This document shows, piece after piece, positions 1-8,176 of a stretch of DNA of 64,000 bases. The notes under the pieces are model-generated. The model made no database searches. It saw only the letters and a list, made by a program, of their open reading frames with translations, and was not told the origin of the DNA. Origin of the DNA: an uncultured Lachnospiraceae bacterium. Lineage in GTDB: Bacteria; Bacillota; Clostridia; Lachnospirales; Lachnospiraceae. Both the position numbers and the translations under genes were made by a program. Positions within the stretch are counted from its first letter, which is position 1, and every line of letters starts with the position of its first letter. The stretch is from assembly GCA_947593655.1 (NCBI GenBank), contig CANQDS010000001.1, positions 3,081 through 67,080 on the forward strand, read 5' to 3'.

Positions 1-46
1 AATCAATTGCATTTCTTATTTCTTCAGAAATTTGCGACACATTCAT
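1..46 (-). CDS. 5' end of an unknown gene running off the left edge (MNVSQISEEIRNAID...)
   Basis: ATG at 46 with AAGGAGG RBS at 54-60 and an open frame to the window edge. Confidence 0.6.
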   Translation of the reverse strand, partial: MNVSQISEEIRNAID

Positions 47-70
47 AATAATGCCTCCTTACAATATGTA

Positions 71-99
71 ATTATATCAAGAAATGTGAATATCATCAA
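71..99 (-). promoter_or_regulatory. sigma-70-type promoter for the edge gene
   Basis: TTGATG-17 bp-TATAAT with TGn extension on the minus strand. Confidence 0.55.
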
Positions 100-306
100 T
101 AATGTACATAATGTAAATTTGTTAAAAAAAGAAAATATCGCAGATTTCTTATCGCCACAGGCAAAGCGAATTTATTATACACCATAACTTCCAAAAATAA
201 AAGGGTGTTTTTGCTATAAAATTCAGCCTCCTGTTTTTTTGCAAATCTTTAAATTAACTTACCAGAAAACGGTCTTGTCTGCAAGAATTTTTCTGATTAT
301 CAGCTG

Positions 307-335
307 TTGATTTAGCATCCCTTCCGGGTTATAAT
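307..335 (+). promoter_or_regulatory. sigma-70-type promoter abutting the Rpn-like remnant
   Basis: TTGATT(307-312)-17 bp-TATAAT(330-335). Confidence 0.6.
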
Positions 336-337
336 AG

Positions 338-735
338 TTTCAATTATCGGATGACAAACTGATCGGTGATTATCCGTGGAAAGGCAGGCTTGACCTGCTG
401 AATATTATCCTGATCGGTATAGCCGATGAACTTCCGGAGCATGATGATAAATATGAACTGCACCGATTGTTAGGGGCGCTACTGTCAAAACAACTTACTT
501 CTGATGAGAAACTGAACATTATTGATACAGAGTATGATATTCCGGCAGAGGACAACTTAAGAAAGTGAATGTTATGTGCAATCTGAGCCAGGGGATTAGA
601 GATGATGAAGATGAAAAAATAATTTTGAATATGCACAGAGAGGGCGATTCATTAGAAAAGATAGCAAGGATTGTTGGCAAAACCGCAGAAGAAGTGCAGG
701 CTATCATTGAAAAAAGAGAGCCGGTAATGGCATAA
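338..735 (+). pseudogene. 5'-truncated, frameshifted C-terminal part of an Rpn/PD-(D/E)XK nuclease-family protein; intact 53-aa sub-ORF at 574-735
   Basis: Manual translation gives ...LIGDYPWKGRLDLLNIILIGIADELPEHDDKYELHRLLGALLS...NLRK* then, in a shifted frame, MCNLSQGIRDD...SLEKIARIVGKTAEEV...PVMA*. The MCNLSQGI motif plus terminal HTH-like helices is typical of this Lachnospiraceae family (recognised from memory). Confidence 0.65.
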
Positions 736-740
736 GCAAT

Positions 741-793
741 AGAGCAGCGAATTTGTTTCTGCATAGCGGGACAATCCGCTGCTTTTCTGTTTT
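741..793 (+). terminator. intrinsic terminator after the Rpn-like remnant
   Basis: Imperfect inverted repeat AGCAGCGAATTTGT...ACAATCCGCTGCT followed by TTTCTGTTTT. Confidence 0.6.
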
Positions 794-899
794 CACCCCA
801 TGTCCATTGCTATAAACAGCTATTCCCGCATATTTCCCCAAAATCAGCAAACACTATAAAAACATTGATTATTTTTTACTGTATTCACACCCCAAATTC

Positions 900-928
900 T
901 TGAACACCGAACAATTACTGCGTATAAT
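900..928 (+). promoter_or_regulatory. sigma-70-type promoter for the AlbA_2 gene
   Basis: TTGAAC-17 bp-TATAAT. Confidence 0.55.
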
Positions 929-1029
929 AAATAATAAGAGAAAATCCAGACAAAACTTGGTTTTAAGGATCTCCGCCAGCCCCGGCGTATAATAGCATTG
1001 TTAAAGCATGAACAGGAGATTTGAATAGT

Positions 1030-2721
1030 ATGATGATTCCAGAAGAATTGCAAAAACTGATTGCCTGCGGCGAAAGCACAACCGTTGAATTCAAAGAATC
1101 CCACACAGATATCACAAAAGACGTCTATGAAACTGTTTGCTCCTTTTCCAACCGGGAGGGCGGTCATATTTTTCTTGGCGTAAAAGATAATGGTGAGATC
1201 ATTGGTATTCAGGAAGATAAAATCGATAAGATTCGTAAGCAGTTTATCACCACGATTAACAACGACAGCAAGATGTATCCACCCCTTTATCTGATTCCGA
1301 TTGACTATGAAGCAGGAGGGAAAAAGATTCTCTATATCCGTGTGCCGGTTTCACAGGAAGTCGTGCGATGCTCCAGCAGAATATGGGATCGAAATGGTGA
1401 TGCTGACATTGACATTACTAACCACTCTGATGAAGTATATCGGCTTTACTCTAGGAAAAACGGCTCCTATTTTGTAAATAAGGTCACTGGTTTCGGGATT
1501 GAATCGCTGCGATACGATCTCATTGACCGGGCAAGAAAGATGACACGTGTCCGTGGTGAAAATCACCCTTGGAAAACCATGTCAGATGAGGAACTGCTCC
1601 GAAGCGCCGGTCTGATCCTTCCAGATGAAACTGCACTGAGAAACGGTGCCACGCGGGAAGGAGTTACCATTGCCGCCATACTGCTGTTTGGAAAAGACAG
1701 TACGATTATGTCTGTCCTGCCACAGCATAAAACAGACGCGATCTTCCGCGTCATCAACACAGACAGGTATGATGACAGGGATGTCGTCATCACAAATCTT
1801 ATAGAGAGCTATGACCGCCTTATGGCCTTTGGCCAGAAACATCTGAACGATACCTTCCATCTGGACGGGATCGTGAGTGTCAGCGCGAGGGATCACATCC
1901 TGCGGGAAATCATTTCAAACCTTCTCATGCATCGGGATTTTTCAAGCGGCTCTGTCGCAAAAATCGTCATCGAGAAAAACCGGATTCTCACGGAAAATGC
2001 CAACCTTTCTCACGGGCATGGTGTTCTTCAACCTGCAACTTTCGATCCTTACCAGAAGAACCCGCCAATTTCAAAGGTATTCCGTGAAATTGGACTTGCA
2101 GATGAACTTGGTTCCGGGATGCGCAACACCTATAAATACACAAGAATGTATTCCGGAGCAGAGCCGGAGTTCATCGAAGGGGATGTCTTCCGCATTATCG
2201 TACCTCTGTCAGAAGTGGCTACTGCGACCGTAGGTCCGACATCTCCAACTACAGAAGGATGCAGCGGAGTTGGTGATGAAGCCAGTGGCGAAGTCAGTAC
2301 CGAAGCTTCCAGTACCGAAGTTGCTAGTACCGAAATTGCCAGTACCGAAGCTGCTAGTACCGAAGCTGCTAGTACCGAAGCTGCTAGTACCGAAGCTTCC
2401 AGTACCGAAGCTGCTAGTACCGAAGTCAGTGACGAAGCTGGTGACGAAGCTGGTGACGAAGCTGGTGACGAAGCTGGTGACGAAGCTGGTGACGAAGCTG
2501 GTGACGAAGTTGAACTCAAAATATCTTCTGACAAACTGCAAGATCTCCTAGGTTATTGCACGACACCAAGAACCCGTTCTGAAATGCAGCATTTCAGCGG
2601 AATCAAATCAGAAAGATATTTTAGGGAGAACATATTACAACCGATGATTACTTTAGGTCTGGTCAAACGAACCATTCCAGACAAGCCAAAAAGTCCAAAG
2701 CAAAAATACGTCAGAGTATAA
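1030..2721 (+). CDS. Schlafen/AlbA_2 domain + HATPase_c_4-like domain + C-terminal winged-HTH protein (often annotated as RecG-like/ATP-binding regulator)
   Basis: GESTTVEFKE and VCSFSNREGGHIFLGVKD (AlbA_2); LREIISNLLMHRDF, NPPISKVF and DELGSGMR (ATPase-like); RTIPDKPKSPKQKY terminus; AGGAG at 1014-1018 fits ATG 1030. Confidence 0.85.
   Translation: MMIPEELQKLIACGESTTVEFKESHTDITKDVYETVCSFSNREGGHIFLGVKDNGEIIGIQEDKIDKIRKQFITTINNDSKMYPPLYLIPIDYEAGGKKILYIRVPVSQEVVRCSSRIWDRNGDADIDITNHSDEVYRLYSRKNGSYFVNKVTGFGIESLRYDLIDRARKMTRVRGENHPWKTMSDEELLRSAGLILPDETALRNGATREGVTIAAILLFGKDSTIMSVLPQHKTDAIFRVINTDRYDDRDVVITNLIESYDRLMAFGQKHLNDTFHLDGIVSVSARDHILREIISNLLMHRDFSSGSVAKIVIEKNRILTENANLSHGHGVLQPATFDPYQKNPPISKVFREIGLADELGSGMRNTYKYTRMYSGAEPEFIEGDVFRIIVPLSEVATATVGPTSPTTEGCSGVGDEASGEVSTEASSTEVASTEIASTEAASTEAASTEAASTEASSTEAASTEVSDEAGDEAGDEAGDEAGDEAGDEAGDEVELKISSDKLQDLLGYCTTPRTRSEMQHFSGIKSERYFRENILQPMITLGLVKRTIPDKPKSPKQKYVRV
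2296..2511 (+). repeat. In-frame compound minisatellite: 8 full + 1 partial 15-bp units (AGTACCGAAGCTGCT, STEAA), then 7 x 12-bp units (GGTGACGAAGCT, GDEA)
   Basis: Units counted directly: 2296-2427 and 2428-2511. Confidence 0.95.
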
Positions 2722-2738
2722 CAGTTCCTTTCAAAGCC

Positions 2739-2770
2739 AAAAAAAGAAGAGCGGAACCCCGCTCTTCTTT
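2739..2770. terminator. bidirectional intrinsic terminator between the AlbA_2 gene and flagellin
   Basis: AAAGAAGAGCGG-AACC-CCGCTCTTCTTT perfect 12-bp stem with an A-run on the left (U-tract on the minus strand). Confidence 0.85.
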
Positions 2771-2796
2771 CCTTATGAGTAGTAATACGGCAATGA

Positions 2797-4191
2797 TTAG
2801 CCAAGTAAGGATAATACGCCCTGATTAGACTGGTTAGCCTGTGCCAGCATGGACTGTCCTGCCTGAGCAAGGATGTTGTTCTTGCTGTACTCAACCATTT
2901 CTTCTGCCATATCGGTATCACGAATCTGAGATTCAGCCGATGTGGTGTTCTCAACAACGTTATCCAAGTTAGAAATCGTATGCTCTAACCGGTTCTGGAT
3001 AGCACCGAGCTCAGCTCTCTGTGCAGATACTTTCGCGATTGCATCAGCGATTGCATCGATTGCATAAGTAGCCTTTGCGCCGCTGTTATCAACAAGGTTG
3101 ATGCCTTCGATTCCAAGTCCTGACGAACTCATCGTATCGATATTGAAGGTGATCTTGTTGGTTCCGTCTGCATCTGCGCCTACATGTAAGCCTAACTGTA
3201 AGCCCTGCTTCGTCTCAACAGAACCTTCCTTAATCGTAAAGGTCATCTGTGTAATAGATGTCGGATCAGTCGGTACTGTATAGGAAACCGTTGCTCCCTT
3301 GCCCGGATCCGTACCGATGGAGCTTGCTTTCCTCAGCTCATCCTGAATCAGGCTGTAACCCTTCGTAGCTGCGATGATCGAAGAATCGTTATCGGAAATA
3401 CCGTCGTGATCCTTATCTACCATAGCTGCATAAGTCTTGCTTCCAACGATAACCTTCGCACCGTCTTTTACAAGGTCTTTCAACTGATCAATCGTATACT
3501 TGTTGTCGGAAGAGATTGCTTCCTTCGTAGTTGCAACAACCGTATACTCCGTGCCGTTAATCGTAATCGTGCTTACTTTTCCACTAGCTTCCCCAATTGC
3601 ATCTCTAACTTCACCGATCGAGGTACCAATGGTATAACCCTTTGCACCGATAACGATATCCTGACCTTCTTCCAGAGCGTCCATCGTGAACTTCGCAGTT
3701 CCCGTGCCAACGCCGGTAAGGAATCCTTCCAGACCTGCATCATGTGCAGAAACCGTCATGGTCGCGGTCTTGCCGTTGCCCTTTAACAGATAAGTCTCGT
3801 TGAACTTCGTGGTCTCAGCAACACGGTCGATTTCGGTGGTCAGCTGGTCGATCTCGTTCTGGATGGAAAGACGATCGGATTCGCTGTTGGTTCCGTTTGC
3901 AGCCTGTACTGCCAGCTCGTTCATACGCTGTAACATGGAGTGAACTTCGGTTAAAGCGCCTTCAGCCGTCTGTACTGCGGAGATACCGTCCTGAGCGTTT
4001 GCAGAAGCCTGATCCAGACCTTTGATCTGCTTTCTCATCTTCTCGGAAATCGCAAGACCTGCTGCATCGTCTGCTGCACGGTTGATCTTGTAACCGGAAG
4101 ATAACTTCTCTGTTGCCTTAGACTGGCCATTCGTGGTGATGCCTAACATTCTGTTGGCGTTCATTGCCTGTAAATTGTGCTGTACTACCAT
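2797..4191 (-). CDS. fliC: flagellin
   Basis: [72 protein letters not shown]. Confidence 0.98.
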   Translation of the reverse strand: MVVQHNLQAMNANRMLGITTNGQSKATEKLSSGYKINRAADDAAGLAISEKMRKQIKGLDQASANAQDGISAVQTAEGALTEVHSMLQRMNELAVQAANGTNSESDRLSIQNEIDQLTTEIDRVAETTKFNETYLLKGNGKTATMTVSAHDAGLEGFLTGVGTGTAKFTMDALEEGQDIVIGAKGYTIGTSIGEVRDAIGEASGKVSTITINGTEYTVVATTKEAISSDNKYTIDQLKDLVKDGAKVIVGSKTYAAMVDKDHDGISDNDSSIIAATKGYSLIQDELRKASSIGTDPGKGATVSYTVPTDPTSITQMTFTIKEGSVETKQGLQLGLHVGADADGTNKITFNIDTMSSSGLGIEGINLVDNSGAKATYAIDAIADAIAKVSAQRAELGAIQNRLEHTISNLDNVVENTTSAESQIRDTDMAEEMVEYSKNNILAQAGQSMLAQANQSNQGVLSLLG

Positions 4192-4192
4192 A

Positions 4193-4300
4193 ATATTTCC
4201 TCCTTGAAATTATTGCAGCTTCCCTGCTGCAAGTGTTGTGTTGTTGTGGATTCCGGCTTCCTGACCGCGCGCTTCGTTCCGCCTTCCTTCACAAGGTAAC
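4193..4300 (-). promoter_or_regulatory. flagellin 5' leader with CsrA-type GGA hairpins
   Basis: Minus strand TTGCAGC-AGGGAA-GCTGCAA (4213-4232) and CGGT-CAGGAA-GCCG (4254-4267), plus further GGA motifs including the RBS; csrA and fliW lie nearby. Confidence 0.7.
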
Positions 4301-4325
4301 AAGTTGTTTTACTTACTTGCTTTAT

Positions 4326-4352
4326 ATATCGGAGAAATTCCCCGATACTTTA
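4326..4352 (-). promoter_or_regulatory. sigma-28 (SigD/FliA) promoter of flagellin
   Basis: TAAA-16 bp-CCGATAT. Confidence 0.85.
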
Positions 4353-4403
4353 TAGTAAAAAGAAATTTTTTCAATTTCTTTTTCTATACGTTCTTGGATC
4401 CCG

Positions 4404-4880
4404 CTACTTCTTATTATCCATAAACTGCGGTTCGACGACATTCAGCTGCATCATATTCTTATAATACTGTGTCGTCGCCCTGCTGTTGGCGCGGATCTCC
4501 CTCGCCTGACGCTTCACCCGCGAGAACTTCTGGATCATCAGTTCCTTATTCCGCGCTTCCTGCGCCTGAATCCGGACGCTCTTATCCGTGATCGAACGGA
4601 TCAGCTCCTGCATGGAACGGATCTGCTGCGCATACCGCTCCCGGTTTGCGGAAAGCTCCTCCCGCACATGGGCGTACAGCTTATCAAAACCGCTGTCTAA
4701 CTGTTCCATCTGCTCGATCAGAGCGGCTTTATCCTCTACCGTCTGATCAAACGCTTCCACAGGGCTCTCCGGATTCTCCAGCTGCTCCTTCTGCAGATCG
4801 TCGAGACGGATGATCGCATCCAGAACCTGCTCTTTCTTCCGGAGGCTCTGCATCATAATGTCAATGTATGTTTCCGGCAT
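4404..4880 (-). CDS. FlgN/FliT-like flagellar export chaperone
   Basis: Helical 158-aa protein directly after fliS; AGGAG RBS before MPETYID; C-terminal PQFMDNKK. Confidence 0.7.
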   Translation of the reverse strand: MPETYIDIMMQSLRKKEQVLDAIIRLDDLQKEQLENPESPVEAFDQTVEDKAALIEQMEQLDSGFDKLYAHVREELSANRERYAQQIRSMQELIRSITDKSVRIQAQEARNKELMIQKFSRVKRQAREIRANSRATTQYYKNMMQLNVVEPQFMDNKK

Positions 4881-4888
4881 ATATTCTC

Positions 4889-5284
4889 CTATGAAACCTG
4901 CGATGCGCTGTTGTTCTGGCTCAGCTGCATGACTTCCTTCCACGTATCGCGCATGGTCCTTAAGTGCTTTAATACTTCTTCCAGAATCTCCGGATCCTTC
5001 TTCAGATTCGCCTCGCGGAGACGGCTGATGATGTAAGTATACACCCGGTCGAATTCTTTCGCAACCGGATATTTGTGATCCAGCGAGGTCTGAAACTCAA
5101 TAATAATGCGCTCGGTCTTCATGATATTGTTATGCGCTTTCTCAACATCATGCTTCTCAATTGCCGCAATCGCGATATTGCAGAATTTAATGGCTCCATC
5201 GTACAGCATAAGCGTCAGCTCCGCTGGCGATGCAGTCAGTATCTTGCTATTGTTATATGCTGCATATGCTTGTCGTTGCATCAT
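4889..5284 (-). CDS. fliS: flagellin chaperone FliS
   Basis: ILTASPAELTLMLYDGAIKF...LRTMRDTWKEV. Confidence 0.96.
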   Translation of the reverse strand: MMQRQAYAAYNNSKILTASPAELTLMLYDGAIKFCNIAIAAIEKHDVEKAHNNIMKTERIIIEFQTSLDHKYPVAKEFDRVYTYIISRLREANLKKDPEILEEVLKHLRTMRDTWKEVMQLSQNNSASQVS

Positions 5285-5320
5285 GGAACATCCCCTCCAT
5301 TCTCTCTGCCTTTGCCCTGT

Positions 5321-6874
5321 TTACTGCCCGAATAAGGACGTCAGCGAATTGGTCTGGCTCTGCAGCTGTGCCATAGCGCTCTCCATCGCTGAGAACTTCT
5401 TATAGTAATACTCTTCTTTATCGGACACTTTCTTATCCCAGTTCTTGATCAGCTTTGCATAATTGCTGTACTGTTTATCCAGTTCCTTGTCGTTGTAAAC
5501 CTTGTAGGCCGAACTTAAACTGGTGGACTTCATCTTCTCATCGATCGCGGTATACAGCTTCGATGTCATCTGCTGCATAAAGGAGATCAGCGTATCCGGA
5601 TCGTTATTGATCGCCGCCATCAGCTTATCCGGATTGCTGGACGTATTCGCATCGTCCGCATCCCCGTCAATATGGAAAGCGTTAAACTCGTTCTCCGGCG
5701 CATTCAGATAGCCTAACGTATGGATCCCAAAGCTGGAGAAACTGTAGCTCTTGCCGTCGATCTCTACCGAAGAAGCCATTGCGTTGATCATCGACGACAT
5801 CACGCTGTCTAACGTCGAATCCCGGCGGAGCAGGGAATCCTTGATCTTCGTCTCCCACTTCTCGATCTCGGTATCGGACATCGCGTCTTTCTCTTCATCG
5901 GTCAGCGGCTCATAATCCCTCGCCGAATCCGCATTATACAGCTTCGTGATCTCATTGATCACATTGTTGTACTCGGTCAGGAAATCCTTGATCTTGTCAT
6001 AGATCGCCTGCGTATCCGTCGCGGTGGTCAGCGTAACGGCATTGTCGTCTCCTGCGCCGGTTACGGCCTGCGCGGTGATCGTTAAGCCGTTAATGTCAAA
6101 ACTGTTCGAGCTGCTCGTATACTCCACGCCGTTTAACGTGATCCTTGCGTCGCGTCCGGCGAGCTTCACCGCCTGCTCCCCATATGCGCTCGCTTCGGTA
6201 TTGAGCCCCAGTACGCTTAATGCTTTTAACGAATTCTCATCGCCGCTGTATGCACTGATCTCAAAATCCGACGCCGCGCCTGATTCTTTCGAACTGATGT
6301 AAAAACGGTTCTGCTTGGTATCAAAGCTGGCGTTCAGCCCGGCTTCTTTTAATTTTGCAGTAATATCATTGATCGTGCTCCCCCGGTCAAAGGAAACGAC
6401 GGTTGTCTTCTCCGTTCCGTCCGCGCTCTTTGTCTTAACTTTAAAGCTGGCTGCGTCCCCGTCATAGCCGAGATCGCGCAATCTGGTATTCAGCGGATCG
6501 CTTGCCGCCGAACTGCTGCCCGCGGCCGGCATCTTCACTTTGCCGCCGGTCATATATCCGGTTTCCGCCGTCTCCAGAACGTTCAGCTTCTGGGTTCCGT
6601 TGACCGCATTCCCCGATGCGGTAACCGTCGCTTTCGTCGCATCGGACGCAGATGCTTTCTTGGAAGCATAGCCGCTGGAAAAACGCAGGCTGTCCAGACC
6701 GGTATACAGGCTGTAGATCTTGGAATTTAAATTCTTCCAGATCTCCTGTTTCCACGAGATCTTCGTCTGCTCCTTCGTGTATTTCTCGGATTTCTTACTG
6801 TATGCCGATACCAGTTCCTGGACGATCGCATCCGTGTCCAGCCCCGATACCAGACCTGATATTCTCATTGCCAT
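5321..6874 (-). CDS. fliD: flagellar filament cap protein FliD
   Basis: MRISGLVSGLDTDAIV N-terminus, DARITLNG, YYKKFSAMESAMAQLQSQ C-terminus. Confidence 0.96.
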   Translation of the reverse strand: MAMRISGLVSGLDTDAIVQELVSAYSKKSEKYTKEQTKISWKQEIWKNLNSKIYSLYTGLDSLRFSSGYASKKASASDATKATVTASGNAVNGTQKLNVLETAETGYMTGGKVKMPAAGSSSAASDPLNTRLRDLGYDGDAASFKVKTKSADGTEKTTVVSFDRGSTINDITAKLKEAGLNASFDTKQNRFYISSKESGAASDFEISAYSGDENSLKALSVLGLNTEASAYGEQAVKLAGRDARITLNGVEYTSSSNSFDINGLTITAQAVTGAGDDNAVTLTTATDTQAIYDKIKDFLTEYNNVINEITKLYNADSARDYEPLTDEEKDAMSDTEIEKWETKIKDSLLRRDSTLDSVMSSMINAMASSVEIDGKSYSFSSFGIHTLGYLNAPENEFNAFHIDGDADDANTSSNPDKLMAAINNDPDTLISFMQQMTSKLYTAIDEKMKSTSLSSAYKVYNDKELDKQYSNYAKLIKNWDKKVSDKEEYYYKKFSAMESAMAQLQSQTNSLTSLFGQ

Positions 6875-6915
6875 ATGATTTTCCTCCTCTATAAACGCAA
6901 GTTTGTCTCTGATCC

Positions 6916-7347
6916 TTACCGTTTCTCGTCTACCATAAGTCCTGCCATTTCCCAGATCTTCGCGATCATATCCAGCGTCTTCTCCGGCGGGAACTCCTTA
7001 ATGACCTTCTTCGAAGTCTTGTCTACGATCTTGATCGTAACACGGTTCGTCTCTTCGTGGATCCCGAAAATCGCTTCGGAATTATTCGCCCGCTTGTTGA
7101 TATCCTCAACGGCCTTCTTGATCTGTGCATTCTTCTGTTCCGGCGTCATCTCGCCGTTGTTCTTCTCCGGATTCTCTCCCGCAGACTGCTTGGGATTCAG
7201 AGCCGTCGTCTCTTTCGCCAGCTGGTTCGATGTCTCTGCATTCTGCGAGGCCTCTGCTTTCGGCGCCTGTTCCGTCTTCATCTCTGCGGTTGACGTACTT
7301 CCCTGATAGGCCATACCCGCACCTTTGATTGCTTCAATTGTCATCAT
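6916..7347 (-). CDS. flaG: FlaG family protein
   Basis: IKIVDKTSKKVIKEFPPEKTLDMIAKIWEMAGLMVDEKR; upstream of fliD. Confidence 0.93.
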   Translation of the reverse strand: MMTIEAIKGAGMAYQGSTSTAEMKTEQAPKAEASQNAETSNQLAKETTALNPKQSAGENPEKNNGEMTPEQKNAQIKKAVEDINKRANNSEAIFGIHEETNRVTIKIVDKTSKKVIKEFPPEKTLDMIAKIWEMAGLMVDEKR

Positions 7348-7408
7348 TTACACCTCCATGTGATCTTTGGTCAACAATTATTCTGCGTTCTCTCTATTAT
7401 ATATCTTT

Positions 7409-7436
7409 ATATCGGAACTTTTCCCCCGAAAGTTTA
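7409..7436 (-). promoter_or_regulatory. sigma-28 promoter of flaG-fliD-fliS
   Basis: TAAA-17 bp-CCGATAT. Confidence 0.75.
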
Positions 7437-7462
7437 CAGTTTCCTGCAAAAATTCCGCGATC

Positions 7463-7678
7463 TTACAGAAAACCTTTCAGCAGATCCATCGCATCCGCGC
7501 TGATCGCCGCCTCATTCTCCTTCTGGATCTGAAGGTAAACCTCTTTCCGGTAGATCGGGACATCCTTCGGCGCCGAAATGCCGATCTTGATCTGGTCGCC
7601 CCGGATCTCCAAAACGGTCACTTCAATGTTGTTGTTAATGACGAGCGCTTCGCCTTTCTTTCTTGTCAACGCAAGCAT
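7463..7678 (-). CDS. csrA: carbon storage regulator CsrA
   Basis: MLALTRKKGEALVI...IGISAPKDVPIYRKEVY. Confidence 0.97.
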   Translation of the reverse strand: MLALTRKKGEALVINNNIEVTVLEIRGDQIKIGISAPKDVPIYRKEVYLQIQKENEAAISADAMDLLKGFL

Positions 7679-7679
7679 T

Positions 7680-8144
7680 CTATTCACCCGCCTTTTCTTT
7701 TTTCTTTTTCAGGACGTCGTAAACCTTGTATTTCACCGGATAATCGTCCTCGACGATCAGCTGGATCCCCCTCCGGTTATCCATGTTGATCACGATCGGC
7801 GCTTTCAGGTTGACCGAAAAATCCTCAACCCGCTTCGGCACGGTGACGGTCACCAGAATATAGGTATTCTCATCCGTCAGCGTTCCCAGAGGCGCCACGA
7901 TCTCCTCGTTCACATTCGGCTTATAGTCCTCCCGAACCGCATCCGGCACCATCACCGGAAACGCCACATCCGTATCGTCCATGGACTGCAGCCACATGAT
8001 CGAAGAGTCCTTCCGTTCTTTTTCCTCGTCAAAGATCAGCGCAAAACGGTTGAGCTTCGGAAAGCCGATCATCCCCTTCTCTAACGTGATGATCTTATCG
8101 TCTGCAATGTCAACCGTTCCAAATAATCTCGTTTCCGCCTTCAT
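7680..8144 (-). CDS. fliW: flagellar assembly factor FliW (CsrA antagonist)
   Basis: TRLFG, GMIGF, WLQS, VNLKAPIVIN; adjacent to csrA. Confidence 0.95.
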   Translation of the reverse strand: MKAETRLFGTVDIADDKIITLEKGMIGFPKLNRFALIFDEEKERKDSSIMWLQSMDDTDVAFPVMVPDAVREDYKPNVNEEIVAPLGTLTDENTYILVTVTVPKRVEDFSVNLKAPIVINMDNRRGIQLIVEDDYPVKYKVYDVLKKKKEKAGE

Positions 8145-8176
8145 ACCAGTCTCCTCCTCCGCTCGATAAACGCCTT

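Noticed and set aside
120-200. Short terminated leader RNA or riboswitch upstream of the edge gene
   Set aside because: A TATAAT and a U-run are present but the stems are weak and match no riboswitch I recognise
2130-2551. Alternative-frame ORFs (2130-2534, 2209-2541, 2270-2551)
   Set aside because: Stop-free by-products of the in-frame minisatellite
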